Shown one piece after another: positions 28,901-43,900 of a stretch of DNA of 64,000 nt. The notes under the pieces were generated by a model, which was not told the DNA's origin, did no database searches, and worked only from the letters and a program-made list of their open reading frames with translations. This DNA is from Haliotis rubra (taxonomy: Eukaryota). Numbering within the stretch: position 1 is the first letter of the stretch; every line of letters begins with the position of its first letter. Location of the stretch: the NCBI RefSeq assembly GCF_003918875.1, contig NW_025765669.1:3844001-3908000 (forward strand). Reading direction: 5' to 3'. A program made the position numbers and the translations under genes.

Positions 28901-31900
28901 ACTAGCAGACACACTCAACCCTGCCTATTTAGACAGAATGGTGTGGAGCAAGACAACATACTCGTGCACTCACTCACTCACTCTTTATGTTGTGTAGGGG
29001 CAGGGGGGTAGCCTAGTGGTTAAAGCGTTGGCTCGTCACGCCGAAGACCCGGGTTCGAATCCCCACATGGGTACAATGTGCGAAGCCCATTTCTGGTGTC
29101 CCCCGCCGTGATGTTGCTGGAATATTGCTAAAAGCGGCTTAAAAAACCAAACTCAGTCAGTCAGTTGTGTAGGGGCGGTGGGATAGGCTAATGGTTAAAG
29201 CATCCGCTCGTCACACTGAAGATCTGGGTTTGATTCCCCACATGGGTACAGTGTGTGAAGCCCATTTCTGGTGTCCCCCGCCGTGATGTTGCTGGAATAT
29301 TGCTACAAGCGGCATAACACCATACTCATCCAATCACTCACTCACTTTATCTTGTGTTTTGCCAAGCCAGTGGAAGTAGAGAGTAAACAGCTGTGCAGCC
29401 AATAAGATGTCACACTAGGACATTACCGAAATACTTTTAAAGCAGAATTAAACCTAACTCACTCACTCACTGATACTGTATGTTGTCCATCTCTGTCCAG
29501 TGCCCCAGCCAAGGCAGCGGAAGTAAGCGGTCAACAGACACGTCGGCCAGTAAACTAGAGGCAGCCAACATGTATCAACTGATGGACGCAGCCATACAAC
29601 CCAACACCATCTCCCCGTTGTACCTTGGGGAGAACGAGAGGTAACTGCCCATGTTGGAAGTTTAATCAGACTAACGCTTGGTCTCTGAATATATATGATT
29701 TTGATAGTAACAAATAATCACATTTTAATTAAAAAGGAGCCCCAGTGAGATAGGAGATTCAGATCCTGAGGTAATCTAGACTTGCTTCATTTAGGCCTTT
29801 AGCATTGCAGGGAGGGCTGGCAGTAGGGAAGATGATGTGGTTCAGGGACTGTGAGACAGACTAGAGGTTTAATCACTGATTCATAGCTGACATTAAGGAA
29901 GTCATCATGTCGCAGCCTTGGTTTGGTATTAATCAGCATTTGGAATGAAAATTCTCAATTACTTTCTTTAATTGATGATGAAAGATTTCTTTTGATGTTT
30001 CTTCATCATGAAGTAAGGAAATTACATAAACCGATATACATATGGCAGGCAGAGGAAGTAGTACCTAGCAAGACTACTTGTCCTCATTTGCTTCATTTTC
30101 TGGTCGATTTATCAATTAATTAATCGAGATAATTGAAACGTATGTTTTCCCAATTTTTTCTTTCAGAGTAATAAACAAATATAGTAAATAGAATAAATAT
30201 AAAGAATAAACAAAATATGTATACATCAACTTATTTAATACATAATTATTATTATCTCAAAGACAAACAATGAACTCATCTTTGATCGATGTGAATGCTG
30301 GTGCTGTTTTTTGTTAAAAGTAAATAATTCATTTTCCTTCTTAAAACAGCCATTAACGTCATTCTGCTGGAACAGAACAGTTTTTCAATTCTTAAATCAG
30401 GGCCTTGCACCACAAAGCAATCGTAGTGCTATAATAATTGTAATACCCGGTATTTACAGGTGGACTCATATCGTGGTGGACTTTGTGTACGGCAAGATGG
30501 ACCTGTATGAGGTGGTGTTCCTGGCTACTGCCGATGGAAAGATTCGGAAGATGTTCAAGGTTCCCCGCTCCAACAAAACCTGTCTCATTGAAGAGATAAA
30601 AATTGTGCCCAACGGGGAACCTAAGCCAGTAAAAGCTATGAAAATCTCTCCAGAATCGGTAAAGTATATTTCAAAGAATCCTTTACAATGTGAGAATTCA
30701 TTAGATATTTGGTCATTGTGACCAATTTTGAATAGTTTTATGTGAACATTATGTAATCCCATGATTCAGTGGTGAAAATGTTCCTTCCATCTTGTAATTC
30801 TTGACACAGTCGCTGTGAATAGCTGCAAAATTGCTGATGCTGCGTTAAGCAATATTTACTCACTGACAATAGTATATATATATATATATAATAACAAATG
30901 TTTCAGGCATCTGAGATAAAACTCATCCAATTTACATGACAGCAACATTTAAAGATGTTGTGAGTGGAACATTGCTTTCCTTTCTGTCATGCCTTATTAG
31001 CCGCCATACAGCTGGAATATTGCTGAGTGTGGCATAAAACTAAACTCACTCACTCACTCATGCCTAATTCAACACTACATTCACTCTAGACAATGATTGT
31101 CATTGAAATTTTGATTTTGATAGAAACAAGAAACAGCATTCAAAATGAAAAGGATCCATTGTATGATTTGAGATTTTAATTTTGAATGATATTTGACATT
31201 TTATTTCCAGGTTGAATGTTTTGCTGAAGATATTTTCCATTGAATGTTGTTATTGAAATTTTATTCATGGAATATTGTTTGTCCAGGGTGCAATCTTCAT
31301 TTCCACCCAAGGGAGAGTGATAAAGATCCCTGTTGAAAGATGCAGCCGCTTCACAGACAGCGAGTAAGTCAAGAGACAAGCCACTTTGTATTTTCTTCAA
31401 GCAGCAATCTTTCATTCAAAACACTGTGTATTCATTTACTGTTATGTGGTAGTGCCCAGCTGGAATGAATTTAAAAATGATTTGTGCAGTCATGACTTAT
31501 GGCTCTTTCTCTCTTAAATATATCTCTGGCCAACCAGTTAAACTCTCAGTGTCACACGGGATCGGGTGGTCAGGCTCGCTGACTTGGTTGACACATGTCA
31601 TCGGTTCCCAATTGTGCAGATCAATGCTTATGCTGTTGATCACTGGATTGTCTGGTCCAGACTCGATTATTTACAGACCGCCACCATACAGCTGGAATAT
31701 TGCTGAGTGCGGCGTAAAACAAAACTCACTCACTCAGTGTCACATGTATTGCTTTGGTCCAAATGTTTTGGATTTTGTATGTTTTTAAGTATAAACTACT
31801 TTCAAATTGAAGTAGTGGGTTGATAATTTGGATTTGATGCCACTTTCAGCAATACCCTGGCGGTACTGTATTGGGGGACACCAGACATGGGCTTCACACA

Positions 31901-34900
31901 CTGTACCCATATGGTTATGTGAATCTTGGTCTTTGGTATAATGAGCAAATTCTTCAAACACCACTGACTGACTGACTGAGTTTGGTTTTACGCCGCTTTA
32001 AGCAATATTCCAGCAACATCATGGCGGGGCACACCAGAAATGGGCTTCACACATTGTACCCAAGTGGGGATTCGAACCCGGGTCTTCGGCGTGACGAGAC
32101 AACGCTTTAACCACTAGGCTACCCCACCGCCTCTTTAAACACCAGGCTACCCAAGTGAATTAAAAGAAGGGCAATGGGGTAGGCTAGTGGTCAAAAAACA
32201 TTACCTCTACATGGCTAGGTTTGATTCCCAACATGGGTTCAGTGTATAGGGCATATTTTGGTGTTCTGCACTCTGACAGTGATGGAATATTTCAAAAGTG
32301 GCTTAAAACCATTATGACTTGTACTTTGAAAATATCTTTAACAAATGTCAATAAAAACATTGTTGTGTTTATTTCAGTTTGTGTGTGAATTCCATGGACC
32401 CGTACTGTGGCTGGGATGCAGTTAACAACACCTGCTCACGTGCCCCTAACGGAAACCCTCACGAGGTCATGTGGGACCAACACATTGTCTCCTGTCCCAT
32501 TGTCCAGTACCCAGGTATGAATAAATAGTCATACTTGAAGAACAATCACTTTCCAATTACTTGCCATGATTTAACTGTGTTCATGCTGATTATATCATTT
32601 TACATTAATCCCTGATTTAATGACGCATGAATTCAGACAAAAATATTTTAAAATTTGTATGAGATACATACAAATATAATCATCATGCTTTGCTAGTAAC
32701 GTTGATGATGAATCACCTTATCCTCAGTAAAAAGCACCTGACCAATGAGATATCTAGAAAGATATTGCGAAAAATTGAATCCTTTTCTGTAACGCCACTA
32801 AGAAGAAACCATCCACTCAGATACCTTTAAGGGGTATTGATTAATGTTTATCACCATGTCCCAATTAAGTGCTGACCAATCACAAACCAAAATCTTGTGG
32901 ACAATATTGTTGTTTACATATTGCCCTCTGTTCCCTCAGTAAACAGCATCTGCCCAATCAGAATTAGAAGTCATGGACAGTATTGTTAATATTGCCCTCT
33001 GTTCCCTCAGTAAACAGCATCTGCCCAATCAGAATTAGAAGTCATGGACAGTATTGTTAATATTGCCCTCTGTTCCCTCAGTAAACAGCATCTGCCCAAT
33101 CAGAATTAGAAGTCATGGACAGTATTGTTAATATTGCCCTGCCCTCCTCAGTAAACAGCATCTGCCCAATCAGAATTAGAAGTCATGGACAGTATTGTTA
33201 ATATTGCCCTCTGTTCCCTCAGTAAACAGCATCTGCCCAATCAGAATTAGAAGTCATGGACAGTATTGTTAATATTGCCCTCTGTTCCCTCAGTAAACAG
33301 CATCTGCCCAATCAGAATTAGAAGTCATGGACAGTATTGTTAATATTGCCCTCTGTGTCCTCAGTAAACAGCATCTGCCCAATCAGAATTAGAAGTCATG
33401 GACAGTATTGTTAATATTGCCCTCTGTTCCCTCAGTAAACAGCATCTGCCCAATCAGAATTAGAAGTCATGGACAGTATTGTAAATATTGCCCTCTGTTC
33501 CCTCAGTAAACAGCATCTGACCTATCAGACTTAGAAGTCATGGACAGTATTGTTAATATTGCCCTCTGTTCCCTCAGTAAACAGCATCTGCCCAATCAGA
33601 ATTAGAAGTCATGGACAGTATTGTTAATATTGCCCTCTGTTCCCTCAGTAAACAGCATCTGCCCAATCAGAATTAGAAGTCATGGACAGTATTGTTAATA
33701 TTGCCCTCTGTGTCCCCAGTGAACGGCAACTGGTCTGACTGGTCAGACTGGAGTCCATGTGAGCAGGTTGGGGCTGACCAGGCCGGGGAGGACTGTCTGT
33801 GTCGCCATAGAAACTGTGATAACCCCAAACCCTACTATGGAGGACGGCCATGTTCAGGGGCTTCCATTGAAGTCACCAACTGCTCAGGTGAGATGTTCCA
33901 TCTTATTCTACTTTCCTGATTGAATCCTGAAACTTTTGTATCTGTAAAGTGATATATTAACCTGAACAGTACCTTTCTGAATGAAATTGCTGGACTTACA
34001 AATTTGCAGATTTATTCATTGTTAATTGATACATAAATAATGATTACTTGTGTGGATTCCTTAGCTATTTTTAAGAGGCATCTACATGGGTCAGGTGGTC
34101 TGGCTTAGTTATTTGGTTGATTGCATGTCATGTTTTTGTGGGCTCTCTGCTGAGTGAAGTATTGACTGACTGACTGACTGACTGAGTTTGGTTTTACGCC
34201 GCTTTTAGCAATATTCCAGCAACATCACGGCGGGGGACACCAGAAATGGGCTTCACATTGTACCCATGTGGGGATTCAGAACCTGGGTCTTGGTGATGAG
34301 CCAACGCTGTTAACCACTAGGCTACACTATAAAACCAGCAAGTCAGTGAAGTATTGAACAAGCCAAAACACATAACAATGTATGCATAGGTATACATAGA
34401 TATTCCGAACAGAATCCTTCAGGAAGCTGTCATCTTGACCAGTCCTGTGTGACCTCTAAGTCTCACTGTATTTTTATTTCCCGAATCAGTTCTCTGTCAT
34501 ACACTAAAGACAGAAAGATCACAGTGCTTGATTTAAGTCTTTTCAAGTTGTATCATCTCTGTGTTTTCAGTTCACGGGGCCTGGACCCCATGGACCCCGT
34601 GGTCCAGCTGCTCCAAGACGTGCGGCTACTCCATCAAGAAGCGAGAGAGATACTGCAGCAATCCTACCCCTCGACATGGTGGATTCGGCTGCGAGGGCCG
34701 CCATGTTGACAGCCAGCTGTGTGCCGGTCTACCAGCCTGTAAATGTACGTACTCTGTGTGTTGTGTAGTGGGTGATGGGTCCCTGTAAATTGCTGTAATG
34801 TTTGCCATAAACTTAAGATGAGTAATGTTTTTATTGTAAAAGGTTTGTGTAAATATCCGTAAATAATGCTCAACATAATTTTAACTTTACTGTTTTCGAA

Positions 34901-37900
34901 ATCAGTCTGTGTTGTGCATTTTCAAAACACTAATTACAGTAATGAATAAAAAAAATTGTGCAAATTTAATTTGACTGCTTGTACAATTTACATGTGTTTT
35001 CTTTTATGAGACTACCCACAGTTATTGACATTTTAACTGAGCCGAAAATATACTGTCCCCTAACCAATGGCCCCATTTTGTACTGACTGCTGACTTGTGA
35101 ATGTATACTTGACATGACGTGTTTGTTGGAAAGTGACGTCTGTATCTGCTGTTGTCAGTGCCCCCTATTGATGGGAAATGGTCGAAGTGGTCTGGTTGGA
35201 GTACATGCACGGCCAAATGTCAGGGCGGTATCCAGACCCGGCGGCGGACATGTGACCAGCCCAAGTTGAGTCGTGGCGGAATCCCGTGTATCGGGAACAA
35301 AGAAGAAATGAGGATGTGCAACACCCAGAACTGTGATAGTAAGTTGTCTGCTGTACAGTAGTGGTTGGGGAAATAGCATCAAACAGCAGAAGTCGCGATT
35401 ACAAGTATCACAGAAACAGGAAAGGAAACAAAGATGTAACAAATCAGATGCTAATTCTTTGAAACAACCTTAAAGTGATAATCCAACTCTCAGTCGTGTT
35501 GCTGTCACTACATTTGGTAGCCTGCATAATGACCATAGGTCAATTAACACTGTAAGACAAACCTGTTGACATTACGGTCCATGATAAACAAGTTTCAATC
35601 CAAGGACTTGGTTTTTTTGGTTGTTGTTTAATGCCACACTCAGCAATATTCCAGCTATATGGTGGCGGTCTGTAAATAATCGAGTCTAGAACAGACAATC
35701 CAGTGATCAACAGCATGAGCATCGAAGCTATGCAATTGGGAACTGATGACATGTGTCAACCAAGTCAGCGAGCCTGACCATCCGATCCCGTTAGTCGCCT
35801 CTCATGACAAGCATGGGTTACGGAAGACCAATGCTAACACGGATCGAATCCAAGGAGAAAAACTCCATCCTTAGTTCAATACAATCAAAGTTGGGGTGGT
35901 GCCGCTCTTTAATGTTTTCCTCAAATCTTAAAATATCCCAGTCTTCTTTCTCAAAGGGGGCGGTGGAGTAGCCTAGTGGTTAAAGCGTTGGCTCGTCACG
36001 CCGAAGACCCGGGTTCGATTCCCCACATGGGTACAATATGTGAAACCCATTTCTGGTGTCCCCCGCCGTGATATTGCTGGAATATTGCTAACAGCAGTGT
36101 AAAACCATACTCACTCACTCACTCTTTCTCAAAGAAGACTGAGTCCAAATTCACTGTGTTATTGACTTCTAGACAGTTGAGATCTAAACACAGTTCATTC
36201 CATGTCAGTTGTCGGAGCAGCCTTGGCACAGAATTCAGCTTCCTTTTCTCATGAAAAAATAGACACAGTTTGTTGGAATTGTATTTTGCTGAATTTCCCT
36301 TGATTTGAGTAAATATTCAAAATTACATTAAAACTGATAATGCAAGATTGTTGATTGGAGCCATATTCATTTATAATCAAAGTAATATGTTGTTTTTTTT
36401 AAAGTTTGACAGCATGACAAAAACATGTTGTCATGTTCATCTGTGAAATGGCAAATATTATTTTCATCTTCAGAATTTAATAAAACTTTATCAATATATT
36501 TGCAGAAGTGGTCAAGTTGACGCCGTGGAGCCCCTGGGTGAAGACAAATGAAACGCGAGGAGGATATTTCCAGCAGAGATTTAGATTTACATGCCAGGCC
36601 GAAGTGCCGGATCGCAAGATGATTAAATCCAAGTACTCAAAAAGCCAGGCCCGTTTCTGTTTCAACAACGATCGAGGCTGCTATACTCCAGGTGAGCTGA
36701 AGAACACCATAACATCTGTAGATACGTTTTCCTCCGTAGATAGAGTGCTCAAAAAGTTCTGTAGAATTAGGAGAAAACTGTTCAAAAAGTACTGCAATTG
36801 TCGGACATTGGGTGTGTTCCTGGTGTGTCAGAAGTGCGGCTACGGATGACTAGAGGGGTCCGCTGACGAGATAATGCTCATTCTGCTGTCACTAAGAAGA
36901 TACCGAAGGAGGCCGCCATACTAACACCACAATTCAACTTTGATTGGCTACAAGATTCATCACGGAGATTCATGGCTTGATTTTCTTAGATTTTGATTTA
37001 CCGTTATTTTTATTTTGCTGGACGTTAACATCAGAATGGAATGGAACCCATTTGGGGATCACTGCAAGCTTCGGGGAACACCACTACTATCAAGGGAAAT
37101 GTGTCGCCAAATGCTCAAATCTGAAGAATTCCGAAAAACAGTTTAATCATGTCATGTGATCAACAGATACACCATTGTCCAAATGTCATCAGTGCTATGT
37201 TCCTTCCAACTGATAATGACAAAGGGACATATTGTTAAGCAAAGAAAATTATTCAGCATTTCACTTGTTACTGCATGTTTTTCACAATGCACAATAACTC
37301 ACAATTTTCATGACATAGTGTCAATGTACAAAGTATGTATAAAGTGAAAAAATCCCTTTTAATATATTCCATCTATATTAGTACCAGCATAATCGTTAGA
37401 ATTAAAGAATACAGAAATACAAGAAATCCTCGGGAGAGTGGAATATTATCACGCAAACTGTCCAGCAGACAATTCAAAAATATGTAAAAGTTGTACAAAA
37501 TGTAGAAATAGTAGAAAAGATATAGACCAATCATAAGTACTCAAGAAAATAGTGTCAGTAAAACAACAACGGCGGATATGACAGCAAGTAGTATAAGTCT
37601 CGATCAGCGATATTTTTCAGTCATAACTTAGGCATCATGGGATATCAACCCCTTTGTATCAATTATGTGATCAAACTCAGACAAGGTGAAAACACAATGT
37701 TTGTATGTGTGAAGTGTATAGGAAGTTAACCGTACTGAACGAAAAAAATAAGTAAATAAATATTTCGGGGATATTTTTATGAAATTGTGTGCTTAGTCTG
37801 CACATCAAGAAATATCCTCCGGAATATTCATGTTCGCTAACTTTTTTTGTACAGTATATTATAGTTTTATATCAGTGAACAAGATTATTAAAATTGCAGA

Positions 37901-40900
37901 TAAGTGAAATGAGTTTTTTATAAGAAAGATAAATTATGTATCAAATTCAAATCATATATTTGTGAAAATAGGCTAATTTATACTGTTGGTTTTATTTAAT
38001 CAAAGAACTCAAAATAGGGTTGATGAAATGGTGTCAAGTTGTGACTGCATCGGAACTATGTGCAATATTCAAATTGCATTTGTGTTTGTCTCGATATTGC
38101 CATGCCGCATGCCGAACTAGCGACTTTGTGTGAGGGCATGTAAACATTTGAGTGCATGTCGACATATGCCACGCTTTCCAGGAATTAAGCTCACAGATGA
38201 TCACAGAATCACAGACTTGTGTGTTGCATGTGTAGAGCTGCATAGTTCATACTCAGTGACGATTGGTTGGAGTAGAAAGTCACGTGGTTCATTCATTGTG
38301 TTTGTGACGTTGTGAGGACGTGTGTGACTACTTCACCGTGCAATCGTAAAGCACCAGTTATGTTCTTGTATCATTTCATGTGTTATTTGTGCACCATCAC
38401 CGACATTTTGTTTGTTTGTGATTTTCTTTCTTGATATTTTACAAAATAAGCTACGGAATCTACAGCTGTAAAATGTGTTCAGACATGTTGAAAGAACAAG
38501 ACCTGAGTTGCAGAGATGGACTCTGAAAGTTGTAGATTTTACATGACAGTATTGAAGTGTGTGAACTCCAGTTAATGTCACGCCTATATACCACTATACA
38601 GCCCAGTGATTCTGATCAAACTTGGTATGGAACCAAAATATTCCATTGGAGTTCAGTGTGGATACAACGTTTTCTTCCTTGCATGGAACTGAATACTTTT
38701 CAAGAGGAATGTGTAGATGATTATTCCTGTCGCCATGGCAACATTCAGCATACTGGGAATTTCATTGTAAATATCTTCTTACGTAACGGAAGAAATTCAG
38801 CGAGTATGTATTTATTATTGAAGAACTATGAAACCTACCAACATGTAAATATCACAAGATTCCTCTGGAGTGTAAGGAATGTTCCTATTCTCATGATGTA
38901 AATGGTCGATATTTATTGTAAACATGATAATTGAAATGTCGCTATGGTAGTTTCATGTGCTGTCACCATGGTAACATGGCACCACGGTGCTCTGTCTGTA
39001 TACTGGCATCTGGATCAGCTGATCGTCATCTGTTATAACACAGTTGTAAATAATGTAGCTGCTTTTTGTATAAATGACATCATTTGTGTACATTTACATA
39101 AATCTGACGTCACCACGTTGAAAGGAGAGAGCAGCCAGGGACAAAGTTTCAGTATTTTGTAGACTTGTAACCGAGAAGGTACGATACTGATTTTGGACAT
39201 TTCCGAAACCTCTTCTTTTACATGAATATTTGTATGACACTGAAGGCCATCAATCAGGCTTGTGTGTATGATATTATAGTAGATTATGTAGAGAATTCTT
39301 ACCAAGGACACAACAAATTGATTACTTGTTCTTCACCATTTATGGCATTAATTCTTCTATCATTTTAATTCCTGCTTGTGTACCGTCACAGACATTTGTT
39401 TGTGACTTTAACCTTTTCTCTTGATGTTTTACACTTGTAAAATGGGTTCAGGGATGTTGAAAGGACATAATCTGCATTGTCGATAAAGATTCTTAGAATT
39501 AATTTACAGAATCATGTGCTAATGATGATATAGCCATGGTTGCTCCCTAGTACAAACTCTTCGATAAGATCCTCAATCAAACAAGGTCTGAACTAAGAAT
39601 CTTTGCATGTATTACTTGAAAAGAACAGGACTCTTGAGTCTTAAAATTTGAGGTTCTTGAGAAGCATATAGAAGTTGGTGTTTAAGTATAAGACAAAATA
39701 TTATGGATGTCAACTTCTTCTTTATTTTATACACGTTTCTGGGATTTTCCTTGCCCCTTCGTCAGGTGAATGCTAACTAACAGATATACAGGATATATAT
39801 ACCAGTAATGTACGCATGAAGCCAGAATGAATTTGAATTTGAAGAAGTATAATATCTTATGTCAAATGACCATATCAACAGTCACATTTTGATCATCTAA
39901 CTACTGATCTGAATGGTTTTGCTACTCCCTCATCACTCTGTAGTCTGCCATGTACCATCACTTGGATCTTTGAAAGTTTTGAGGACCAACCTATTTCTTT
40001 CAGACACAAGCGTTAGGGGAACAAACAATTAATTTGTTGTGGCCTTGACATCGATAACCAACAATTGTCAAAATCTATTTTTCAAGGAAGAGAGGGAGAC
40101 TTATCGAAGCATGTTTCCGAAAGTATGTACCACGATAATGGTAGAAAGGAATATGGTGATTTTTGTCAGAAACTATTTTCAGATCTTCTTTAGGCCAGTA
40201 ACTGATGAAAAAATGCAATATTTTCATACTTTGTCTTTAGTCATATATTACAAGTATACACCATTTCAGAATGCTCAAACATTTGTGCACTTTTTTAAAG
40301 ATTTCCTCCTCAAGTCTTCCATGTATTTCTACAAAGCAAATTACAGTTTGAAGTAATGTGAATGTTTCATCCTACTTTGTTTCATGTATACTACTCAAAA
40401 GAAGTGGAGGACACCCTTGTTTTCTTATGACAAGAGTTAATCTGTCATGGCATTGCAACCATACCTGCCAATTCTGGGTGTTCCTTAACTTGTGTTGAGC
40501 AGTATACCTCCATGTTCATCTGAGCCAATCAAAAGCATTAACTGCCGTTTTCAAGTAGTAGCATATTTAAATATCATAATTTGTCTTTTGAATAATTTTG
40601 AAATGTTATTATGGTTATGTTCATGTGAAATCATGTATCAATTTTTGTTTATAAACAAACACTAAATCACTGCTTTTTTATTTATTTTCATTAACTTTTT
40701 TTTTTAAATTATATTTGTTTTAAAAAATCTTGAAAAGGGCTTGATCAATAATCTCTAAACACCAAATATTTCATTGTGATAATCTTTCAAAACTTAGGAT
40801 TATTATCATGTAATAAAACTGATTTGACTTGACCAATACATATCAAATCAATATTTCAAAAAAATTAAAATTGAAAAAATATGTAAATATTGATGTGTAA

Positions 40901-43900
40901 ATTATATCATAAAATGTCAGAACCCATATTTTTTTGTTTACGAATAATTAAGCTTTTTTCGTATTCTTACCTTTCCAGTGTTTTATTGTTGTGTTTATTT
41001 TTGTAAAGTTGTGTTTTTGTTATGTTTTTATGTGTACAAATCGTTAAAAGGTAAAAGAAACAATGAAGATTCTAACTTGAAAAACTGGTTACAGTACTGA
41101 TACTTTGAGAAATAATTACAGTTTATTTTAATGTTTCTCTCTATTGAATCAAGACCGATAGCTTGTATATACTTCTGGTTATTACAGGATTTGACCGTTA
41201 TTCAAACTGTACACATTTACAGATTTATTTTACATTTATCTTTGAATACCTCAACTTGATAGTATTTCAACTTGTCAAGGGTAAGAAAGGTGATGCTGTG
41301 TCATAATAATTGTATGCATAATAGATCCATGTCTTTTCAAGTGTAATGTTTGCAAACTTTGCCCTATGGATGTATAGGATAAATATTGTAAGATGTTACA
41401 AACCACACCTACTTCAGTGTACGAAATTGTCTTCATACGTCGTTTTATGGAGTTTATGTTGTTAAACAACAAGTGAAAATATGCAACAAGCTCAAAATCT
41501 GTGAATGATATAGGGCACAAAACAAAGTCATATTTTCATATTTTGAATTAAAATGCAACACTATTCATTAACAAATTTATCATATATTATCTATATCCCA
41601 AGCTGCAATACCTCTACACCTCTCAGTGTACCTTCAATTTAATGCTACACAAATTATTCTATGAGAAAATATTTCATAATACGATTATATTTTTTTTTTT
41701 ATCATATTTGACATATTTGACACAATTCCTCTCGATCTGCACATTTTCATCAATGAATATACTATTTCTCAGTTATAGCAAACAGTCCTCATCTCTTATA
41801 GAAAACATTTATTTATTGTCTTTATTTATTGTCAATTATGTTTTTTTTGTCACATAATAGTCCCTGTTTGTAAATAACTATTATTGTTACGCCTACAATA
41901 AACATTTTCTGAAAATACTTTGTGTTGTTTTTATTACTGCATGGATCGTGTGATGTCCTGGCTTGTAGATAGTCAATGTGTCTTCAGGAAAATATCATAT
42001 TGTGAACTATCAACCAAAGACTGATATGCCAACCAAACAGGAACTCCACAGTATTAATACAATCTACGATATACCGAATGGGAAGTCTGGACCCTGTCAG
42101 CCATTACTATGAGGATAGAACCCAGTATGAACACACAGGGTTAGTTTCATATCAATGTTAACCTACACATTCACTCTTAAGACGAATGAAATATCCAGGC
42201 ACTGTATTTAAACCATTATATGTTATTGAGAACAGAACACTGTGCTGACAGAAACACAGAACATCCCGCCATAGCCAGGCAGAACCAGGATCCAAGATAT
42301 AGATTGGTGATGATGATAATTTGGAGATTTTTACAACATTGATTCATAGTTCACACACATAAAAATTAGCAACAGAACCAGGCTATTTATAGGGGACATC
42401 CTTTAAAGTATCAGGGGCGGTGGGGTAGCCTAATGGCTAAAAGTGCGGATGGCTCGTCAAGCAGAAGACTTGGGTTCGATTCCCCATATGGGCATAATGT
42501 GTGAAGCCCGTTTATGTTTATGGTATGGTGTATCCCCTACCGTCATAATGCTGGAATATTGCTAAAAGCGGCGTAAAACCATCCTCTCTCACTCACTCAC
42601 TCACTATGAAGTATCAGGATGGTTAACTGGGAGGGTGGGAGGGAGAGAGGTAGGCCACTAGACAATATATATATATACATATATATATATAGAACACAGT
42701 ATTTCCATTTTGAGAGGAGGTTCAGTAATGGGGTATTCACCAGTTTAAGAATTACACGGAACTATAGAAAAATCACCTTGGTTACCATATCGTAATTAAG
42801 AGACATTAAACATTAAAGACACAGACTTTTATTTCCAAATATTCCTATCAAAGAAACGTTATATAATATCAGCAACATGAATACTATATATGTTATTAAC
42901 AGAGACTAACAGCCTTTGTTTTCTGTCTCTATTGAATGTTCACTATTGACATCAATGTATAACATATATGTAGATTAGTTGACTATGTATTTATAATGTG
43001 TGGCACATTATTTACAAATTGTTCTAAATTTGTTTACAAATTCACCATAATGGACTATTTTAGTATATCTCAAAACATGAAAAGGACTTTGAAAACCTCA
43101 ACTGTTGCATTGAGCTCTAAAATCTCAAAGTTTCAAGTTAAACTTTGATTCATGAATTCAAGATGTTTTGAGAAGTTTTTCAGGAAGTGTTAAGGATATG
43201 CATGGACCTGTAAAGTCGTATGTAACACAGGTAAGACCAACAAATAGACCGTTTTGTTTCAATAACATATTAACTCTATTTATCTAACTGACACAGGAAA
43301 ACTCACCAACACCATGATGAGAGACGGTATATATCAACCACTTAATGACCAAACATTATTTCTGGTCATTAAAACACTGTTTAAGGATGTGACACTTTGA
43401 TGATTTGCCTTTGGGAACGTTGAAATTTGTTATTTAGGATCAAAATTTATAAGTTTAGTGACATTCTGATACTATTTTCCTAAAGGTTTTATAAACAGCC
43501 TGAAAAATTTTCAGAAAGAAACAAAATTCTGTGTACAAGAAGGTATGAAATACTTAAAAATTACAACTTTATTGTAAGGATCTTTTAGGTCTTCTTCTTG
43601 CCCATTCATCAGGTGAAAGTTGATTTTATCAGATGGTAACACTGCACATGTATTTAAAGTCTGCAACAGAAACACACCACCCCTAAACTTAAGTAAAATC
43701 TCTAATTTAATTTCACCCATTTGTCTTCTGATATCAATCCATCAATAAGTGTTGAAATATTTGATTTTAAAAGTTACAAGATTGAGATTCTGTTTATCAT
43801 CCCAGATCCTTTTTCCAACCTCAGTTTTGTAAACATTAATTGACCAGTTTCTTGAAAGTATAAAGTACGTCCAACAAACTTCAATGGCAAAGAAATTTGT

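Noticed and set aside
29519-29540. SKRS as a furin site in the Sema domain
   Set aside because: Lacks the R-X-X-R consensus; only a dibasic pair.
32917-33719. Regularly spaced repeats resembling a CRISPR array (also 15230-16942 and 47245-48010)
   Set aside because: No unique spacers, no cas genes, eukaryotic intron context.
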